A DNA stretch of 64,000 nucleotides from Clostridia bacterium (GTDB taxonomy: Bacteria > Bacillota > Clostridia > Christensenellales > UBA3700). Position 1 is the first letter of the stretch. Each line of letters begins with the position of its first letter. Location of the stretch: the NCBI GenBank assembly GCA_036659935.1, contig JAVXBP010000001.1, positions 4,067 through 68,066 of the forward strand, given 5' to 3'. Position numbers and translations under genes: made by a program. Below are positions 61,244 to 64,000 of this stretch, in pieces. The notes beneath the pieces were generated by a model. It did not search any database and was not told where the DNA came from. It saw only the letters and a program-made list of their open reading frames with translations.

Positions 61244-62080
61244 ATGGCAATAATTGAACTGACAAACGTAGACTTCGAATACAATCTTGACCAAGACGAA
61301 AGGCTCAAAGCCGTCGACAATGTCAGTTTGCAAATAGAAGAAGGTTCTTTTGTCGCGCTTGTCGGACACAACGGCAGTGGGAAAAGCACTCTTGCAAAAT
61401 TGCTCAACGGCTTGCTTTTGCCGTCGAGTGGCAAGGTGACCGTCAACGGCATTGACACGGCTGACGACAAGAATATTTTCGAGATAAGAAAGACTGTTGG
61501 AATGGTTTTCCAGAACCCTGACAACCAAATGATAGCGAGCATTGTCGAGGACGATATTGCTTTTGGACCAGAAAATCTTGGCATTCCACGCGCGGAAATT
61601 ATTGAACGCGTCGAGTGGGCGCTGTCAAAAGTAGGAATGCTCGAGCATCGCAAGGGCACGCCTTTCAAGATGAGTGGCGGTCAAAAACAAAGGCTCGCGA
61701 TAGCGGGCATTCTCGCGATAAAGCCACGCGTAATCGTTTTCGACGAGTCGACGGCTATGCTTGACCCGCAAGGTCGGGCGGAAGTTATGCGCGTCGCGCA
61801 CGAGCTCAACAAGAACGAAAAAATGACTGTTATACACATCACGCACTATATGGACGAGGCGATGGAAGCGGACAGAGTAATCGTTATGAACGAGGGCAAA
61901 ATTGTCGCGGACGACATTCCGCAAAACATTTTTTCTCAATACGAATTGCTCACAAGCATAAAACTTTCCGTGCCGACAGTGACACAAATCGCCGTTACGC
62001 TCAACAAACTTGGAATGGATATTCAACCGAATATTATCTCTCAAGACAAATTGGTGGAGGCGTTATGTCAATTGTTATAG
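61244..62080 (+). CDS. ecfA1: Energy-coupling-factor transporter ATPase EcfA1
   Basis: Start MAIIELTNVDFEY after AAGGAG. Walker A GHNGSGKST, signature SGGQKQRLAIAGILA. First of the ecfA1-ecfA2-ecfT triad. Confidence 0.9.
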   Translation: MAIIELTNVDFEYNLDQDERLKAVDNVSLQIEEGSFVALVGHNGSGKSTLAKLLNGLLLPSSGKVTVNGIDTADDKNIFEIRKTVGMVFQNPDNQMIASIVEDDIAFGPENLGIPRAEIIERVEWALSKVGMLEHRKGTPFKMSGGQKQRLAIAGILAIKPRVIVFDESTAMLDPQGRAEVMRVAHELNKNEKMTVIHITHYMDEAMEADRVIVMNEGKIVADDIPQNIFSQYELLTSIKLSVPTVTQIAVTLNKLGMDIQPNIISQDKLVEALCQLL

Positions 62081-63006
62081 AAAATCTCACCTTCACATAC
62101 AGTCCGCATACGCCTTACGAAAAGAAAGCCCTTGACAATGTCAATTTGACAATCGAAGAAGGGGAATTCCTTGGCATAATCGGTCACACGGGCAGCGGAA
62201 AATCGACTTTTATTCAACATCTCAACGGGCTTATCAAACCGCAAGAAGGCAAGATAGAACTCTTTGATATCACGCTTACAAATGCAAAAAAGCCAAAGCC
62301 TGACTTGAGAAAATTAAGAAGCAAAGTAGGAATGGTTTTCCAATATCCAGAATATCAACTTTTTGCTGACACCGTCCAAAAGGACGTCGCGTTTGGACCG
62401 AAAAATATCGGAATGTCCGACGAAGAAATTGACGCGAGAGTGAGAGAAGCTATCGAGCTTGTCGGCTTGGACTTCGAAAGCATAAAGGACCGCGCTCCCT
62501 TTGAGTTGAGTGGCGGACAAAAACGCAGAGTCGCGATAGCTGGCATAATCGCTATGCGTCCGCAAGTGCTCATTCTTGACGAGCCGTCGGCAGGGCTTGA
62601 CCCTTTTGGAAAGGAACAAATCTTGTCGCTTATCTCCACGCTCAAAGAAAAATGTAGCCCGACCGTCATTGTAATATCTCACGATATCGACGAAATCGCG
62701 CGTTTTGCAAACAGAATTGTAGTTTTCAACGACGCAAAAATCGCGTTCGATATGCCTATAAAAGAACTTTTTTCGCACAAAAAAGAACTTGTCGAAATGG
62801 GACTTGACATTCCGCAAGGCGTCAAAATTGCCAACGACTTGGAGCAAAAAGGCGTGCAATTGCAGGGCGATATTATCACAATTCAAGACTTAATGTCGGC
62901 GGTTGTCGACAAATATAACGCCGTCCACAAGACGAATATCGTATATGACAAAAATGCGAAAAGCGAATTTGATATCTCTCAATCTCTCGCAAAGGAGTTA
63001 GATTGA
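62065..63006 (+). CDS. ecfA2: Energy-coupling-factor transporter ATPase EcfA2
   Basis: MSIVIENLTFTYSPHTPYEKKAL. Walker A GHTGSGKST, signature SGGQKRRVAIAGIIA. Confidence 0.9.
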   Translation: MSIVIENLTFTYSPHTPYEKKALDNVNLTIEEGEFLGIIGHTGSGKSTFIQHLNGLIKPQEGKIELFDITLTNAKKPKPDLRKLRSKVGMVFQYPEYQLFADTVQKDVAFGPKNIGMSDEEIDARVREAIELVGLDFESIKDRAPFELSGGQKRRVAIAGIIAMRPQVLILDEPSAGLDPFGKEQILSLISTLKEKCSPTVIVISHDIDEIARFANRIVVFNDAKIAFDMPIKELFSHKKELVEMGLDIPQGVKIANDLEQKGVQLQGDIITIQDLMSAVVDKYNAVHKTNIVYDKNAKSEFDISQSLAKELD

Positions 63007-63869
63007 TGCGTGATATATCTTTTGGACAATATTATCCTACAAATTCAATAATTCACCGCCTTGACGCGCGCATAAAACTTATTATCACTATATTGTATAT
63101 GGTGAGCATATTTTTTGTCGTTTCTTACACGGCGTATATGGTTATTTTTCTTGGACTGATTACAATAACCCTTGTTTCTCGCATACCAGTCAAAACGCTT
63201 TTTCGCAGTGTCAAAGCTATTCTTTTGATATTGTTTTTCACTTCGATGCTCAACTTGTTTTTCTTCAAAGACGGGAAAGTTTTGTGCGAGTGGTGGATAT
63301 TTAGAATCACTGACAGGGGCATAGACTTTGCGGTCAAAATGATATTGCGTCTCGCATTGCTTGTTATGGGCTCGAGCTTGTTGACATTCACGACCACGCC
63401 GACAGAGTTGACTGACGCGATAGAATATTTGCTTGCTCCGCTCAAACTTGTCAAAGTTCCAGTGCACGATATCGCATTGATAATGAGCATTGCTTTGCGA
63501 TTTATTCCGGGGCTTATTGACGAGACGGACAAGATAATGATGGCGCAGAAAGCGCGCGGAGCAAACCTCGACACAGGCAACTTTTTCCAGCGCATAAAGG
63601 CAATGTTGCCAATCTTGATACCGTTGCTGGTGGGGGCGTTCCGACACGCGGACGAGCTTGCGGACGCGCTTGACGCGAGATGTTACAGCGCCTCGCCGAA
63701 GCGCACAAAAATGAAAGTTTTCCACCTTACATTCAAAGACTTTGTCGCGATGTTCTTGATGATTGCGCTGACAGTTTTGATAATGTTGGAGAAATATCTT
63801 GTCGGTGGCAGCGGCTTTTTTGTCGGAATGGACAGAATTATTTTGGCGTGCTTTGGAATTCAATATTGA
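63006..63869 (+). CDS. ecfT: Energy-coupling-factor transporter transmembrane protein EcfT
   Basis: ATG 63006 overlaps the ecfA2 stop (TGATG). Multi-pass membrane protein with the ARGA...AEELADALDARC-type coupling helices. Confidence 0.9.
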   Translation: MRDISFGQYYPTNSIIHRLDARIKLIITILYMVSIFFVVSYTAYMVIFLGLITITLVSRIPVKTLFRSVKAILLILFFTSMLNLFFFKDGKVLCEWWIFRITDRGIDFAVKMILRLALLVMGSSLLTFTTTPTELTDAIEYLLAPLKLVKVPVHDIALIMSIALRFIPGLIDETDKIMMAQKARGANLDTGNFFQRIKAMLPILIPLLVGAFRHADELADALDARCYSASPKRTKMKVFHLTFKDFVAMFLMIALTVLIMLEKYLVGGSGFFVGMDRIILACFGIQY

Positions 63870-63880
63870 GTGGGGGAGAT

Positions 63881-64000
63881 ATGAACCGTTACAAATTGAC
63901 AATATCTTATGACGGAACCGCATATTTTGGCTTCCAGCGACAACCAAACGTCAACACAATTCAAGAAGTGCTGGAAGGCGTTTTGTCACGCAAATTTGGC
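63881..64000 (+). CDS. truA: tRNA pseudouridine(38-40) synthase TruA, N-terminal 40 codons (3' end outside window)
   Basis: GGGGGAG Shine-Dalgarno, ATG 63881. MNRYKLTISYDGTAYFGFQRQPN matches the TruA N-terminus. Follows ecfT as in many Firmicutes. Confidence 0.8.
   Translation, partial: MNRYKLTISYDGTAYFGFQRQPNVNTIQEVLEGVLSRKFG

Overview
This window is about 64 kb of chromosome from a moderately AT-rich, spore-forming Firmicute, probably a Clostridia-like anaerobe. Supporting genes: spoIIR, cwlJ-gerQ, pyruvate:ferredoxin oxidoreductase, rubrerythrin, an anaerobic sulfatase-maturating enzyme, and ecfA1-ecfA2-ecfT-truA. I call 53 protein genes, 41 of them on the + strand. They include: a 5'-truncated surface-glycan locus (aminotransferase, PglC-type transferase, ATP-grasp, HAD, GT4); three MATE transporters; a complete pstSCAB-phoU-phoPR phosphate block with a Pho box; bioY with a BirA operator; a membrane-anchored Cys-type sulfatase with its radical-SAM maturase; host-glycan hydrolases (GH18, GH89, GH29, GH20); a rubredoxin/ferredoxin-rubrerythrin operon behind a Fur-family-like 7-1-7 palindrome; and housekeeping genes (purC, fhs, glnS, an amino-acid ABC transporter, PFOR). 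I found no rRNA, tRNA, CRISPR array, transposase, integrase or recognisable defence system. Most worth a second look: (1) a cysteine-rich, signal-less 382-aa protein and a 90-aa paralog that share an uncharacterised helical module, and whose upstream regions share sequence motifs with cwlJ-gerQ, making them candidate new spore-surface components; (2) both lipoprotein substrate-binding proteins (PstS and the amino-acid binder) appear circularly permuted relative to canonical type-II binding proteins; (3) unusually frequent local tandem duplications in intergenic DNA, several of which re-copy a gene's last codons plus its stop codon, and one of which creates a relay micro-ORF; (4) a ferredoxin-rubrerythrin read-through fusion that keeps an internal ribosome-binding site. 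All calls come from reading the sequence and translations by eye. No database search was run.
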